From: a virus
Reading direction: 5' to 3' (one strand)
IMG/VR virus record: IMGVR_UViG_3300020198_000887
Coordinates: 1 to 64,000 of that record
DNA: 64,000 nt
The notes under the pieces are model-generated. The model ran no database searches, was not told where the DNA came from, and saw nothing but the letters and a program-made list of their open reading frames with translations. The position numbers and the translations under genes are program-made. Positions 15,033 to 27,100 of this stretch are shown here, in pieces (the first letter of the stretch is position 1; each line of letters starts with the position of its first letter).

Positions 15033-15136
15033 ATGCAGGGCGCATATTGTATAAATATTCATGTTGATACTCCGTGTAAGTATTGAAGTAGATGGGAATT
15101 GCCGTTCCGCGATCTACATCCTTTTATCGTTACTAT

Positions 15137-15165
15137 TTGACAATTTTTATTAATGATGTTATGAT
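15137..15165 (+). promoter_or_regulatory. sigma70-type promoter
   Basis: TTGACA, 17-nt spacer, TATGAT. Confidence 0.65.
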
Positions 15166-15197
15166 ATAGTTTACAATATAATATAGGTAGATAGATC

Positions 15198-15455
15198 ATG
15201 ACATTTATTCAAAAACATAAATCATTATTTGGAAAATTTAAAACATCTGCCGGATATCCAGTTATTATCGATCACAGTTATACTGGTTTTGATAAAATAG
15301 TTGGATTTGTGTGTTTTAGATGCGATTACAATATGCCTATAGAATGGAATATTAATGGAAAACCATTAATATTGCCATTACATCAAGGATTAGGATTAGT
15401 ACCGTTAAAAGAAGTAGTTAGTTACGAAGTTATTCCACTTGAAGAAAGATCATAA
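15198..15455 (+). CDS. hypothetical protein
   Basis: 85-aa ORF after promoter, AGGT RBS. Confidence 0.65.
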   Translation: MTFIQKHKSLFGKFKTSAGYPVIIDHSYTGFDKIVGFVCFRCDYNMPIEWNINGKPLILPLHQGLGLVPLKEVVSYEVIPLEERS

Positions 15456-15458
15456 ATT

Positions 15459-15608
15459 ATGGAAAAAATCATTAATGTAATATTTACGGTTGTGGTTGTA
15501 ATGTGGGTAACATGGGTAGTATTAGGTATAATTTACAATCATAGACCTGAAACAGAAAAACAAGAACTAACAGAACCCACAATAATTGAACTTCATAAAG
15601 ATGAATAA
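15459..15608 (+). CDS. small membrane protein (49 aa)
   Basis: MEKIINVIFTVVVVMWVTWVVLGII hydrophobic segment. Confidence 0.5.
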   Translation: MEKIINVIFTVVVVMWVTWVVLGIIYNHRPETEKQELTEPTIIELHKDE

Positions 15609-15763
15609 TGGATCACATCGAACCGTTGGAACGGTGTCCAAAATGCAATGGTGCATTGTTGTTATTTAGATCTATGAATAAAAAATGCTGTGTTGATTGC
15701 AGAGCAGAATATGATTGGTATCTAAAAGAACATCAAAAACCATTAATACAACATCAACGATAA
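15608..15763 (+). CDS. small zinc-finger protein (51 aa)
   Basis: CPKC...CVDC; TAATG coupling to the upstream ORF. Confidence 0.55.
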   Translation: MDHIEPLERCPKCNGALLLFRSMNKKCCVDCRAEYDWYLKEHQKPLIQHQR

Positions 15764-15802
15764 CTAACAACATACACTAACATACGGAATAAGAGGAATA
15801 AT

Positions 15803-16168
15803 ATGTCTATTTTTAAAGATCAAGAAGAATTCATGATAGCATGCGGTCAAGGGGTTGATACATACGACCAAGAACAATACAATCTATACTTAAATCTTAT
15901 CCGCGAAGAATTTAATGAATTGCAAGTCGCCATTGCAGATAATGATAGACTTGAACAATTAGATGCGTTGCTAGACTTAATTGTCGTAATTGTTGGTGCT
16001 ATGCATTCAGCTGGGTTTGATGGTGAAGGTGGTTGGGAAGAAGTTATTCGGTCAAACATGAGTAAACTTGATCCGGTAACAAATAAAGTGATTAAACGTG
16101 AAGATGGAAAGGTGTTAAAACCAGAAACATATTCTCCACCAAATCTAGAACCATTTTTAGTAAAATAG
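15803..16168 (+). CDS. MazG-like/PRA-PH nucleotide pyrophosphohydrolase
   Basis: LIREEFNEL...DALLDLIVV...EVIRSNMSK...REDGKVLKP. Confidence 0.85.
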   Translation: MSIFKDQEEFMIACGQGVDTYDQEQYNLYLNLIREEFNELQVAIADNDRLEQLDALLDLIVVIVGAMHSAGFDGEGGWEEVIRSNMSKLDPVTNKVIKREDGKVLKPETYSPPNLEPFLVK

Positions 16169-16253
16169 CAACGTGGTATATATACAAAATAGTTTAAAAC
16201 TGTTTTGGATTTAATACAATAACATATTAATTCATTATATAGGTAGCCAAAAA

Positions 16254-17096
16254 ATGTCAATACATACAAACTATTGGTCATGCAGTAAATTTGCAGATTG
16301 GTTGCGTGGAACGGCCGTTCCACGCGCTGCGTCCGGTACTGAGTGGAAAAAATGGGATCAAAAAGCCAAACAAAAACATCCATATCGGTACTGGATGGCA
16401 GAAACCGGATTACACAAATTACAAGATTTTATTTATTGGCCATACGAAACCTTTCATAGTATTCGCTATTATATTAATAATAGGTGGGTTACTAAAAGTC
16501 ATGCATTGACATCTAGTAAAATTGATATTAAACCTGGACAATGGCAAGATGTTGGCTATCGATTTTTACCTTGTTTATTTAACGAGTTAGTAAACTTTGT
16601 GGAAGTTGAACAAGCTTGGCATCACGTTGTGTGGGACACCGAGGCACGTAAAAAATTTTGTACTCCTTGGTGGAGAACAACTTTTTTTAAATGGAGATCT
16701 TGGAGATGTCCAGAAGCTGGTATTGCGTATCTTGATTGGGCGAGTAGTTTAACATTTGATAAACAATGGATGTCAGAATCCAATGTAGATTTCGGCAAAC
16801 CCACCCCCCAGGCATTGGTAGCACAAGAGATAAAAACATTATATTTATGGTGGGTAGAAACATATCGTAATCGTCCTGACCCATATGATGTTAGTGGATG
16901 GACTGAAATATGCGAACGAAAATTACCTGATGGTGATATAATGTCATTTCTTGACGATGACATTATATCACCAGAGGAACGTGATGAACGTGCAGATTCT
17001 TTAAAAAGACTTCTTGAAATTGAAGAACAATATGAAAAAGAAGAAGACGAAATGCTTATTAGATTAATTAAAATTAGAAAAAGTTTATGGACGTAA
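16254..17096 (+). CDS. conserved hypothetical phage protein (Trp-rich)
   Basis: 280-aa ORF ending EEDEMLIRLIKIRKSLWT. Confidence 0.75.
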   Translation: MSIHTNYWSCSKFADWLRGTAVPRAASGTEWKKWDQKAKQKHPYRYWMAETGLHKLQDFIYWPYETFHSIRYYINNRWVTKSHALTSSKIDIKPGQWQDVGYRFLPCLFNELVNFVEVEQAWHHVVWDTEARKKFCTPWWRTTFFKWRSWRCPEAGIAYLDWASSLTFDKQWMSESNVDFGKPTPQALVAQEIKTLYLWWVETYRNRPDPYDVSGWTEICERKLPDGDIMSFLDDDIISPEERDERADSLKRLLEIEEQYEKEEDEMLIRLIKIRKSLWT

Positions 17097-17173
17097 TTGA
17101 TAATTACAACCAATAATACAATATATTGGTTTCGAATGATTAAACACAATATGCCAATAAATGGAATATAATT

Positions 17174-18376
17174 ATGGCTAAAATCGCTAAAGATAAAAAA
17201 TGTAAATCGAAAAAAATAACAAGTATTACTATTCGGGAAAATCGTGGAAAAGATTTAAGTCCTGGGTGGGCTGACTGTGATTCAATGACTGCGAGTGAAT
17301 ACTTAAAATACTATCATGCTGCAATGCAGTACTATAACTTGCAACTTAGTGTCAAAGATTTGAAACCATCCGTTATTAAATGGATGGAAAACAATTCTAT
17401 AGATACCGTAATGTTGTCACAATATAAAAAAACCAAAGATTGGCGAACCAGTGTAACCATGGGGTCTATTGCGAATTGCTTATTGAAAGGGATGCCTGAA
17501 CATAGGGATGACTTTAATAATGGTAAAAATACAAAAGAATGGTTAATGACTGCTATATCTACTGCTATTTACGACAGCAAACATGATGAAGTCGCCAATG
17601 AAACTGATATCGACACCCCATCATCTACCCCAGTAATTAATATTCAAGAACGTGTGCGAGAAGCAACACATCGGATGGTTGAAGAAATCGAAGAAGCAAT
17701 CGAGGTATGGATTAAAACCCCCGATGATTTCAATCCGAAACAACTAAAAGTTAACAATCTGTTAAAAGTTAAAGAAGCGAAGCCAACACACGCAAGAATA
17801 ATCCGAGATTACTATACAAAAAATATGCAAGAACTGCTTCTAGCAATTGAAGGCAAAGATGAAGACATTAAAGAAGGGTATAGTCATCGTAATAAAAAGC
17901 AGCTCAATTCATTGTTATCATTTTACAAAGAAATCGAATCTGCATGTGTGATGTTAATGGAAGAGGCCAAGGTAACACGCAAGCCCCGCGCTAAAAAAGC
18001 TGTACCGAAAGATAAATTGGTGAGCAAATTAAAATATTTGAAGGTATTTGAACCATTGAAATTGGTGTCAATTAATCCGACTGATATCATCGGGTCTAAA
18101 GAATTATGGATTTATAATACTAAAACTAGAAAATTGGGTAGATATATTGCGGATGAAATGGTTGGCCCAATTGGAGTAAAGGGAACAACGTTGGTGGGAT
18201 TTGATGAAAATAAAAGTATTCAAAAAACAATAAGAAAACCAGAAGAAAAACTCAAAGAATTTAAAAATGCTGGGAAAATTGCGTTAAGAAAATTTTTAGA
18301 CGACATCAATGCAACTGATACTAAAATGAATGGTAGAATAAATGAGGATATTATATTATTGAAAGTCGCTAGTTAG
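17174..18376 (+). CDS. conserved hypothetical T4-like phage protein
   Basis: 400-aa ORF; SINPTDIIGSKELWIYNTKTRKL...KTIRKPEE...GRINEDIILL. Confidence 0.75.
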   Translation: MAKIAKDKKCKSKKITSITIRENRGKDLSPGWADCDSMTASEYLKYYHAAMQYYNLQLSVKDLKPSVIKWMENNSIDTVMLSQYKKTKDWRTSVTMGSIANCLLKGMPEHRDDFNNGKNTKEWLMTAISTAIYDSKHDEVANETDIDTPSSTPVINIQERVREATHRMVEEIEEAIEVWIKTPDDFNPKQLKVNNLLKVKEAKPTHARIIRDYYTKNMQELLLAIEGKDEDIKEGYSHRNKKQLNSLLSFYKEIESACVMLMEEAKVTRKPRAKKAVPKDKLVSKLKYLKVFEPLKLVSINPTDIIGSKELWIYNTKTRKLGRYIADEMVGPIGVKGTTLVGFDENKSIQKTIRKPEEKLKEFKNAGKIALRKFLDDINATDTKMNGRINEDIILLKVAS

Positions 18377-18423
18377 GTGAATTAGTTGGGTTTTTTGAAT
18401 AAATATATAAAAGAGACCTAACT

Positions 18424-19896
18424 ATGACACAATTACTCAACATTCAATCTGATAAAGTATACATTCCCAAACTTGAACTAAATGAGACTGCCGGGCAAGT
18501 TTCACATAATGGTTCAATTTGTGTATCTGAAACATTAACTGCTAATGAGTTATATGTTAATACTATTAAAGTTAATAATTTAATAACCGATAATGGAAAT
18601 TCTTCGGACATCGGTAACTGGGTTGTTAACACAGAATCTGAATTGAACGGAAAAGGATTTCGGTGGACGTGGGGTGAAGGAACTACCCAGTTAGTTTACA
18701 AGTCTGGTAGGGTATGGAGTAATAGTGATTTCGATATTGCTAGTGACAAGTCATATAAAATAGATAATGTTGAAGTTATTGGGTTGAATCATCTCGGAAC
18801 CCAAATAAAAAAAAGCAATTTGACTGAAGTAGGGTCATTAAAAAACCTAAACGTTGTGGGTGATACCACAATTGGTGAATTTGCATACTTTAATACAATA
18901 TATAACAGACTTGGATTAGGTACATCTGAACCAAGTGCAGCAATCAGTATTATTGACAATGATGTTGAAATTTCAATTGGCAGCCCACGATATGGATTAG
19001 CTAGTATTGGCACATTTTCTAACCACGATGTCGCTATCATAACTGATAATACCCCACGTATTACTATTAAAAATAATGGTGAAATTCAGATAGGCAATGA
19101 AAGTGATAAAAATGGAGTATTAAAAGTTTTTGGATCAATTCATGCCGAGTGTATTGTGACCGACACCCGGTTGGAAAGATCATCCTCATTAGAGTTCAAA
19201 ACATTTAAGGATGATACCATCTATGGAAAGGGATTAGCGTGGATAAGTAATGGGTATACCAAGCATCTATATATTGCGGAAGGTCCTGACAGACTTTATT
19301 CAAGTGAATCAATAGATATCGGACCAGACCAAGCATACTATGTCAATGGTACCGTTGCATTATATAGCACTGGGTTAGGCAGGAATATATTACATTCTAA
19401 TTTACTAACAGTGGGTGCACTGGAATCACTAGTGGTCAATGGTGAAGCATCGTTACTTGGCAAGGTTGTCGTAGATAACACCATACATGTAAATAACATC
19501 CAACTTTCCGAAAATATTTCAATTACGCCCTCCGGTATTACATGTGCGAACAGTATGGTAGTATCTGTACAACAATCTGGTATCATATATGCTGACACCA
19601 ATGAAATAATTATTGGGGATAAACTATATTCAACAAAGCCAGTTAAAGTACACGGTACGTTATCGATTGGTATATCAAACCCTGACCCTACTGTCAAACT
19701 ATCAGTTAATGGAAATGTAAGTTTTGATGATAAAAAATTTATCAATGGGCTATCATCCCCGACCACTGGAACACATAAAAAGGGAGATATTTGTTGGAAT
19801 CAAAATCCAACAGAGTATGGATATGTTGGATGGATTTGTTTACTTGATGGAACACCTGGTGAATGGGTTCCGTTTGGTGCTATTGGTAGACAATAA
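18424..19896 (+). CDS. fiber-like virion protein
   Basis: TAAATA upstream; SNLTEVGSL/SNLLTVGAL repeats, RLGLGTSEP, KGDICWNQNP...GWIC...GTPGEW. Confidence 0.7.
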   Translation: MTQLLNIQSDKVYIPKLELNETAGQVSHNGSICVSETLTANELYVNTIKVNNLITDNGNSSDIGNWVVNTESELNGKGFRWTWGEGTTQLVYKSGRVWSNSDFDIASDKSYKIDNVEVIGLNHLGTQIKKSNLTEVGSLKNLNVVGDTTIGEFAYFNTIYNRLGLGTSEPSAAISIIDNDVEISIGSPRYGLASIGTFSNHDVAIITDNTPRITIKNNGEIQIGNESDKNGVLKVFGSIHAECIVTDTRLERSSSLEFKTFKDDTIYGKGLAWISNGYTKHLYIAEGPDRLYSSESIDIGPDQAYYVNGTVALYSTGLGRNILHSNLLTVGALESLVVNGEASLLGKVVVDNTIHVNNIQLSENISITPSGITCANSMVVSVQQSGIIYADTNEIIIGDKLYSTKPVKVHGTLSIGISNPDPTVKLSVNGNVSFDDKKFINGLSSPTTGTHKKGDICWNQNPTEYGYVGWICLLDGTPGEWVPFGAIGRQ

Positions 19897-19898
19897 CA

Positions 19899-20246
19899 TT
19901 GAATAAAAATCGGGAATCGTGTTCCAACATACTAACAACACATAAAGACTATATCACAGAAATAAGCGCGAACCGTAAAAATTGGTTATATGCTAGTATA
20001 ATAGTTTTCGTGGGCTGCAGTGCAACTGTCGTTTGGTGGGATGATGTTGTAAACATGCGAACAAAATCTGAATTGTGGTGCATTATTTCAATTATCCTAG
20101 TTATATGCATCAACTGGTGGTATTGGACATTAGTAGTTATATCGCAAATAATACGATATCAACACAAAGAATACAATATGATTCACGAGCTGTTACCCGA
20201 AATCGCAATTGCACGAGAAATACATGATGAATTACGAAACCACTAG
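19899..20246 (+). CDS. two-TM membrane protein
   Basis: two hydrophobic segments. Confidence 0.55.
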   Translation: MNKNRESCSNILTTHKDYITEISANRKNWLYASIIVFVGCSATVVWWDDVVNMRTKSELWCIISIILVICINWWYWTLVVISQIIRYQHKEYNMIHELLPEIAIAREIHDELRNH

Positions 20247-20374
20247 CATACTAAAATTAATGGTGAAATTAAGAATTGGCTTACAAGTATGGTATTATTG
20301 ATTTATAGTTATATATTATCAATGTATGTCGTTATATCCACAATTACTGGCTGATTGACAAATACTAACGACTA

Positions 20375-20395
20375 AAAAGGGGCTTATCGCCCCTT
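20375..20395. terminator. terminator between convergent genes
   Basis: AAAAGGGGC-TTATC-GCCCCTT. Confidence 0.6.
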
Positions 20396-20397
20396 AC

Positions 20398-20781
20398 TTA
20401 CTGTGCTTTTGGTTTTCTACCACGCGGTTTTGGGGTATTTTCTACCACTTTGTTCTTCGCATCCTGCTTAGAAACATATTTTTTAACCACTGCTTCAATA
20501 TCTTCAATATCTACCACACCATGTGTCAACTCAGTGACTTTTTTAGAAACACGTTTTTTAACCACTGCTTTTACATCGTCGATATTCACTTTGCCATCAT
20601 TATTTACATCTGCAATTTTTTTAACCACTGCTTTTACCTCATCGGTATTCACTTTGCCATCATTATTTACATCTGCAATTTTTTTAACATGTTCCTTTAC
20701 TGTTTTTTCGATAACAGCCACTTCCTCTGCAATTTGGGCTGATTTACTTAGTCCCAACAATTTTTTAATAAATTCAAACAT
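20398..20781 (-). CDS. protein with two EF-hand/dockerin-like repeats and a basic tail
   Basis: DVNNDGKVNTDE and DVNNDGKVNIDD; KPRGRKPK tail; AAGGAG RBS. Confidence 0.75.
   Translation of the reverse strand: MFEFIKKLLGLSKSAQIAEEVAVIEKTVKEHVKKIADVNNDGKVNTDEVKAVVKKIADVNNDGKVNIDDVKAVVKKRVSKKVTELTHGVVDIEDIEAVVKKYVSKQDAKNKVVENTPKPRGRKPKAQ
20556..20688. repeat. 63-nt coding tandem repeat (x2)
   Basis: KKIADVNNDGKVNxDxVKAVV duplicated. Confidence 0.85.
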
Positions 20782-20802
20782 ACATTTCTCCTTGTAATCT
20801 AT

Positions 20803-21090
20803 TTATAATTGAGCAATGGTCTTTAGACTAGAAACTGGCATATCCCAAATATGTCTACTTTCTACACCCTTCATCTGGGCAAATCTTTTTACATCGCACA
20901 GATGACATACATGATAAAAATTGTTATTTAATCTAGTTGGATCCATCATACCTCGTTCACGCTGGAACATACTCCCACAACAATCACATCTAAACGTTAA
21001 AACTGATTTTTTTCTAGTATAGGAATGGACTTTTCCAAGTTTACTAATACGCTGGTGGTGGGATAATACAAATTCTGATTTTATAAGCAT
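20803..21090 (-). CDS. hypothetical Zn-binding phage protein
   Basis: CDCC...HVCHLC. Confidence 0.7.
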   Translation of the reverse strand: MLIKSEFVLSHHQRISKLGKVHSYTRKKSVLTFRCDCCGSMFQRERGMMDPTRLNNNFYHVCHLCDVKRFAQMKGVESRHIWDMPVSSLKTIAQL

Positions 21091-21164
21091 ATAATATTTA
21101 CATTAAGATTACAAAAAATGTTGATAAATATAATGATAACGAATCCCACGAGGTAAAAATCAAC

Positions 21165-24100
21165 ATGGCAAAACAAATAATTGATATAGGTGTACAAGGT
21201 AATGACGGAACAGGTGATAGTATCCGTGAATCATTTCGTAAAGTAAATGAAAATTTCAACGAAATTTATAGCATTTTTGGAGCTGGTGGAACAATTAAAT
21301 TTACAAACCTTGATGATGCACCATCTTCATACGGGGTTAACCAACTCATCATGTCTAATACAACCGGAACTTCGTTAACTGCACGTTCAATTATTGCTGG
21401 CGCAGGTATTGATATTAACAAATCTAGCAATAGTCAACTTGTAATTTCAGCAGATGTTGCAAATCTTGCCGGGGACGCAAGTCCACAACTAGGGGGCGCG
21501 TTAAACACCAATCATTTTGCAATTGGTAAATTATCTGATCCAAGCCCGGAGTTAGTTAACGCATTTAACATTGCGTGGCCTAATTCAACAACTACTATAG
21601 ATGAATTACCAGTAACCCTTGGATATGCCAACAGAACGTATGTTAAAACATCAGAAAGTGGGTTCGTTAGTGGCCCACTACGGGTTCGAAATGAACCAAT
21701 AGAAGCAAATACCACTGATAAAGATTATGATTCGTCATTGAGTGGTAACTACTTATCATCAGAAGTTATGCCACGTAAAGACACTGTTCGCCGAACTGGT
21801 GATACGATGGCTGGGAAATTATATTTAAACGACCATCCAGCACCGTTAGATGGATATGGAACCCCAACTGGTGCAAATGATTTACAAGCTGCAACTAAAT
21901 TTTATGTAGATAATACTACATTTACAAGCAATGTTAATTTATTCGTATCAACATCAGGGGACGATTTACAACTAAAATCACCTGCTGGTAAAGAAGGCCG
22001 CTTTTGGCAATATGCATACAAATCTGTAGGTGCCGCCGCGTTACAAGCGGAAAACTTAATTAATTTGTCATCAAACGAGCCAGGCCCATACAAACAACGT
22101 ATATCATATACAACCGGCCATGACCAAACATTCTCAACAATCCAAAGTGTAACACTAACTGGTGGGAATTCGGCTAATGCTGGTTATACTAACGCATACG
22201 ATTTATTGCAATCAAATAAAGAATTCATTCAGCGAGAAACAATTGCATATATAAACAAAAAATATGTTAATAAATTCGATTATGACAAACCCAAATATAA
22301 ACTCAATATCCAAACTATATTGGATGCAATTGGATATGACATAGTTTTAGATACAACATATAATTCATACCGGATTGCTGCGAGTTATTTTGATGAAGCT
22401 AATACCGAAGTGTTAACAAACCAACTTATACAAACTATCGATGCTATTAAGTACACCAAAGAACAACTAGTCAATTATTCATATAGCACCATTAATTTAC
22501 AATCTTATATTGATAATGTAATCAACGCACTCTGCTTTGATTTCGCATTCCAATCAAACTACCAAAGTGTACAAGTTGGGATATTATTTGAATCTGCTAA
22601 CACTAATTTAAATAAATCTGAGATAAATGCAGTATTACTTGATTTAAAAAGTAAACTTATAGTATTACCTAGTGTTCTGATGTCGCCACAAATAGTGTCA
22701 TCTATTAATGATAACATAAATATAATTCTCGACATAATTGTATCTGGTACAATACCAAATGTAAAAATGCCGAGTAATAAAGGAACAACAACTGGTAAAA
22801 CAAGTGCTAAAGATTTATTATTAAATAATATCTCATTTATTCAAGCAGAAATAATTGGATTTTTAAGCGCAGAATTCCCGACAGTTATATATGATAAACC
22901 AACTGTTCGACAAGACATAAAACACATTGTCTGGAGTATTACATATGATTTACTTTATGGTGGTAATACACAAAGTATATACGCAGGTACCCACTATTTG
23001 CTCACTTCAATTCAAAATGCACCACATGATAAAAGTGCAGCAATACACGCGGCAATTGGGTATATCAACACGCTGGCACAAATAATAATCATTAACGGTA
23101 GTTTGCCATTAGTATATCAACAGAGTGTCAAGCAGTATAAAAATGAAACATTTAATAATGGGTCGGATGCCTCTGTCTCAATTTCACAAAATATTTCAAT
23201 TATTCAAAATATTGTTGAATTAAACACAAATTATACAATAATACCGCCATCTATATCATCGATTGGTACTATTCTTACTAATGCTAGAACTGAAATTTTA
23301 AATAAAAAATCTTCTTATAAAAATGAAGCAGTGGATTACGTTAACAATAATTTCGCTGTTATTAATAATCTAGCTATTACATCAAAGATAACTAATTTGT
23401 TTGATATTATAATTAATACATTAACAACTGGTATTGGTATTTTATCAAGTCCAATATTTATCAGTCCATCTACATTGAGTAGTGGGTATGAAAATGCTAG
23501 ACAAGCAATTATTGCAAATATTAATTTTATTACTGATGAAACTGTCGCCTGGGTGACTTCAGCATACCCAAATTTTGATTACAATGGAAACCCAGTTACT
23601 GGCCAAGCTACTTGTAAGCGTGATATAAAATACATATTAGAAGCTATTGCATATGATATTACATATGGCGGGAATTCTGCAAGTATTCATGCTGCCAAGA
23701 AATACTGGTCTAATAATGTCACTGTTATTCCAAATGAACAAATAACAACAATATTAGCAATTGGCCATATCCAAACAATGGTGGCATTACTTTCCCAAAA
23801 TATTACCGTTACACCCACTTTTTCATCTACCCCCCAAGTACGAAATACTGCGTGGAGCAATGGTTCAGATGCATCCGCCACGATAACTGAATTATTCACT
23901 ATTATTAAAGATATTATTGAAACAAACTCAGAATATAATGTTCAATACCCATCATTAACAAATTATGATTCAGTATTAACATCTACTAGACAATTGATAC
24001 TTGATACTAAAGAAACAGTTTCAGTAAACACAATTCAATACTTAGATACAACATTTACTGGTAGTTTTAATTACGATGAATCTAGCTGTTTTCGTGACAT

Positions 24101-27100
24101 CGGGTTAATTGTCGACGCAATGGCTATTGACCTTGTAACAGGCGGCACATGGCAATCTATCAACGCCGGTAAAAGTTATTATAAAAATGCAAGTTCTCAC
24201 GCAATTGCAATTGGTACACAATTTAGTGAAACAATAGACGGCATCGAATTTGTTAAAGGGTTGGGATTACAAGTTTTAACTCAAACCACTGCTAGTCGGT
24301 ATCAAACATTATTCACACAAACATTTGATAGTGTAAACCATGCGTCTATAAATGCGAATGATACTTTCATTTATAACATGGAAACCATTACAAACATAAT
24401 CAAATTTGGGGTCGGGGCCGCCCCCACGCCAACATTTGGCAGTGGTATTTGGAATATTGTGATTGATAATGGTGGCAATGGATATGTTGATCAAGGTTCA
24501 CCATTGAATAACGATATTATACCAGCAAAAGCATTAATTGGTACTGATTCATTGGCATACTCTTCTATTGTCAAGTATATACCAGAGAGTGCACCCGGGG
24601 TTGATACCATCCAAGTTAGAATGACTAAGCCTGGGTTATATACGGTTGGTGAACAAGTTGAATTTGGTGAAACTGTACGTGATCTTAACATCACTATTTT
24701 TGTAGAAAGTGGGGTGTATTATGAAGACTACCCAATTAGATTACCCGCAAATTGCTCTATTAAAGGGGATGATATCAGAAGAACCATTATTAGGCCACGT
24801 GACCGTGTCTCACAATCACCATGGCGTAAAATATTCTTCTATCGTGACGCAATAGTTGATGCAATGGAAGTCGGGGTGGTCAATTATACTGGACCGAACT
24901 ATGCACCCAACACTAACATAACACTTAGCGGTTCATCAGAAAAAATCATTGTAACTTTAGCAAATGGCCAAGCGTCATCTACCTGGATTGGAAAAGTTAT
25001 TACTGACAACAACATAGTAAAACGTGGTAAAGCTATTATCGATTCAGTAAGTGGCAACTTTATGAATTGTTCAGTAATATACCCATTCAGTACTATCGGG
25101 GTTCTTAATACTGGGGACTGGTTCATATATGATTCTATTAACTATGGACGACATTATTTAACTAATCCATTAGATATTACTAGTCCGTCCAAAAATAACA
25201 AAGACATTGATGTATTCCTATGTAATGATGCAACCCGTATTTCCAATATTACATTTCAAGGACATGGTGGATTTGCAATGGTTCTTGACCCTGGTGGCCA
25301 GATTAAAACTAAATCACCGTATGGTCAAGATTGTTCATCATTTACCCAAAGCACCAATAAAAAACGGTTTGCTGGCGGGCAATATGTGGATGGGTTTGCT
25401 GGTCGCTTAACTGGAACTATAACCGATATTGCAGACAATGGTATAACACTAACAGTGGTTGGTGGTCCTAATAGTGGGTTGGATATTCGCCCTCCACACC
25501 CACCATGTGCATTTTATGTACAAGGCCAACGATATCAAGTAGATGACATTGTAAGTTTTGATGCATCAACTGCAACGGTTGTGATGACACTAAATGTCGC
25601 AACACCATACAATGCAGCAGATTCATATAATAATTCAAAATGTTCACGTGATGTCGGGTTGATTATTGATGCAATTGGATATGATATGGTATTGGGTTCA
25701 AACTTCCAGTCAGTTAAAGCTGGCTTATCATATCTTCGTTCGTATTCGAATACAGTTATTAATAGACAAAAAATTCAAACAATTGCTGGTATTAATAAAG
25801 CAAAAGAATTGGCTAATGCAACATCATCCAATTCCAGTGTGCAATCTGCAATAAATGATAGAATGAATATTATTATGTCTATTATTGAACACGGAATTAC
25901 AAGTATACCCGCAATTACGTATCCAACACCAGTTGGGGCAAGCGAAGATTCGGTCAAAGCTAAAGATATACTAGTTGCCAATCGAAAATTCATTCAAACT
26001 GAAATTACCGCATGGATCTCTAGCAATTATGCTGTCAAATTAATCCCAAACTACAATGCACTAACATGTCAGCGTGATGTAGGATATATTCTTGATGCAA
26101 TGGTGTATGATTTATTTTATGGTGGGAATAGTCAAACTAGGGATTCGGCTGAAGCATACTGGCGGATTTCTGGAACTGCAACCAGCTATATTATTGGTGA
26201 AGAATCTGTTACTATTGCAGCATATACTAGATTAAAAACGATTATACAATCTATAGTTGCGGGGACATCCATCACCAAATCATCTGGTAATACAAGAACG
26301 CAAGTGACTGATAACCCCCCAACTAATCCAAGTTCTTTCAATACTATACTATCATCATTGAGTGATATATTGATAGATTATATACCAGACCACAGTTATA
26401 CTAGTGGAACAGCTGATTATCCAACTATTACACAACAATCTAGTAGTCTACAAACTGCCAGAACCGCTATTTTAACGGCGAAACCAACTATTCAATCATC
26501 TGTAATCTCTTTCTTAAACAGTGGAGGTGGCTTAAAAATAAACATTGAAATGGGTGGCAATAAATCCATGATAGCAAATGATTTTGCCATGATTAATGAC
26601 CTCGGATACGCAATTATCGCTACCAATGGGGCAGTTTCTGAACAAATGTCAACCTTTAGCTATTACTGTCACACCCATTTCTGGGCAAACAATGGTGGGC
26701 AAATTCGTGCAATAGCCGGGTCCAATTCACACGGAAAGTATGGCTTGCGGGCATCTGGTTATGATGTAACTGAATTACCAGATTCAGTTACATTAGCTAA
26801 TAATCTAATTCAAACTGCAAGAATTTACAAGCAAGGTGTGGTATCCAATGAAATGACACCAACTGCAACAACACAATCATTGGCATTATGGATAATAGGG
26901 TATGAGTACGAACCACTGAACGGGTGTGAAGTTGAAATAGATCACACTGTTTTTAATGGGGGTATTTCCAGATACGAAGCTAACTCCATTGAACATACTA
27001 ATATTACAATTAGTGGGCAAAATGTTCTTAAATTATATTTAAACACATCTGGTAATAATGGAACATCAACAACCGGGTTACATACCGAATTATACCATGG

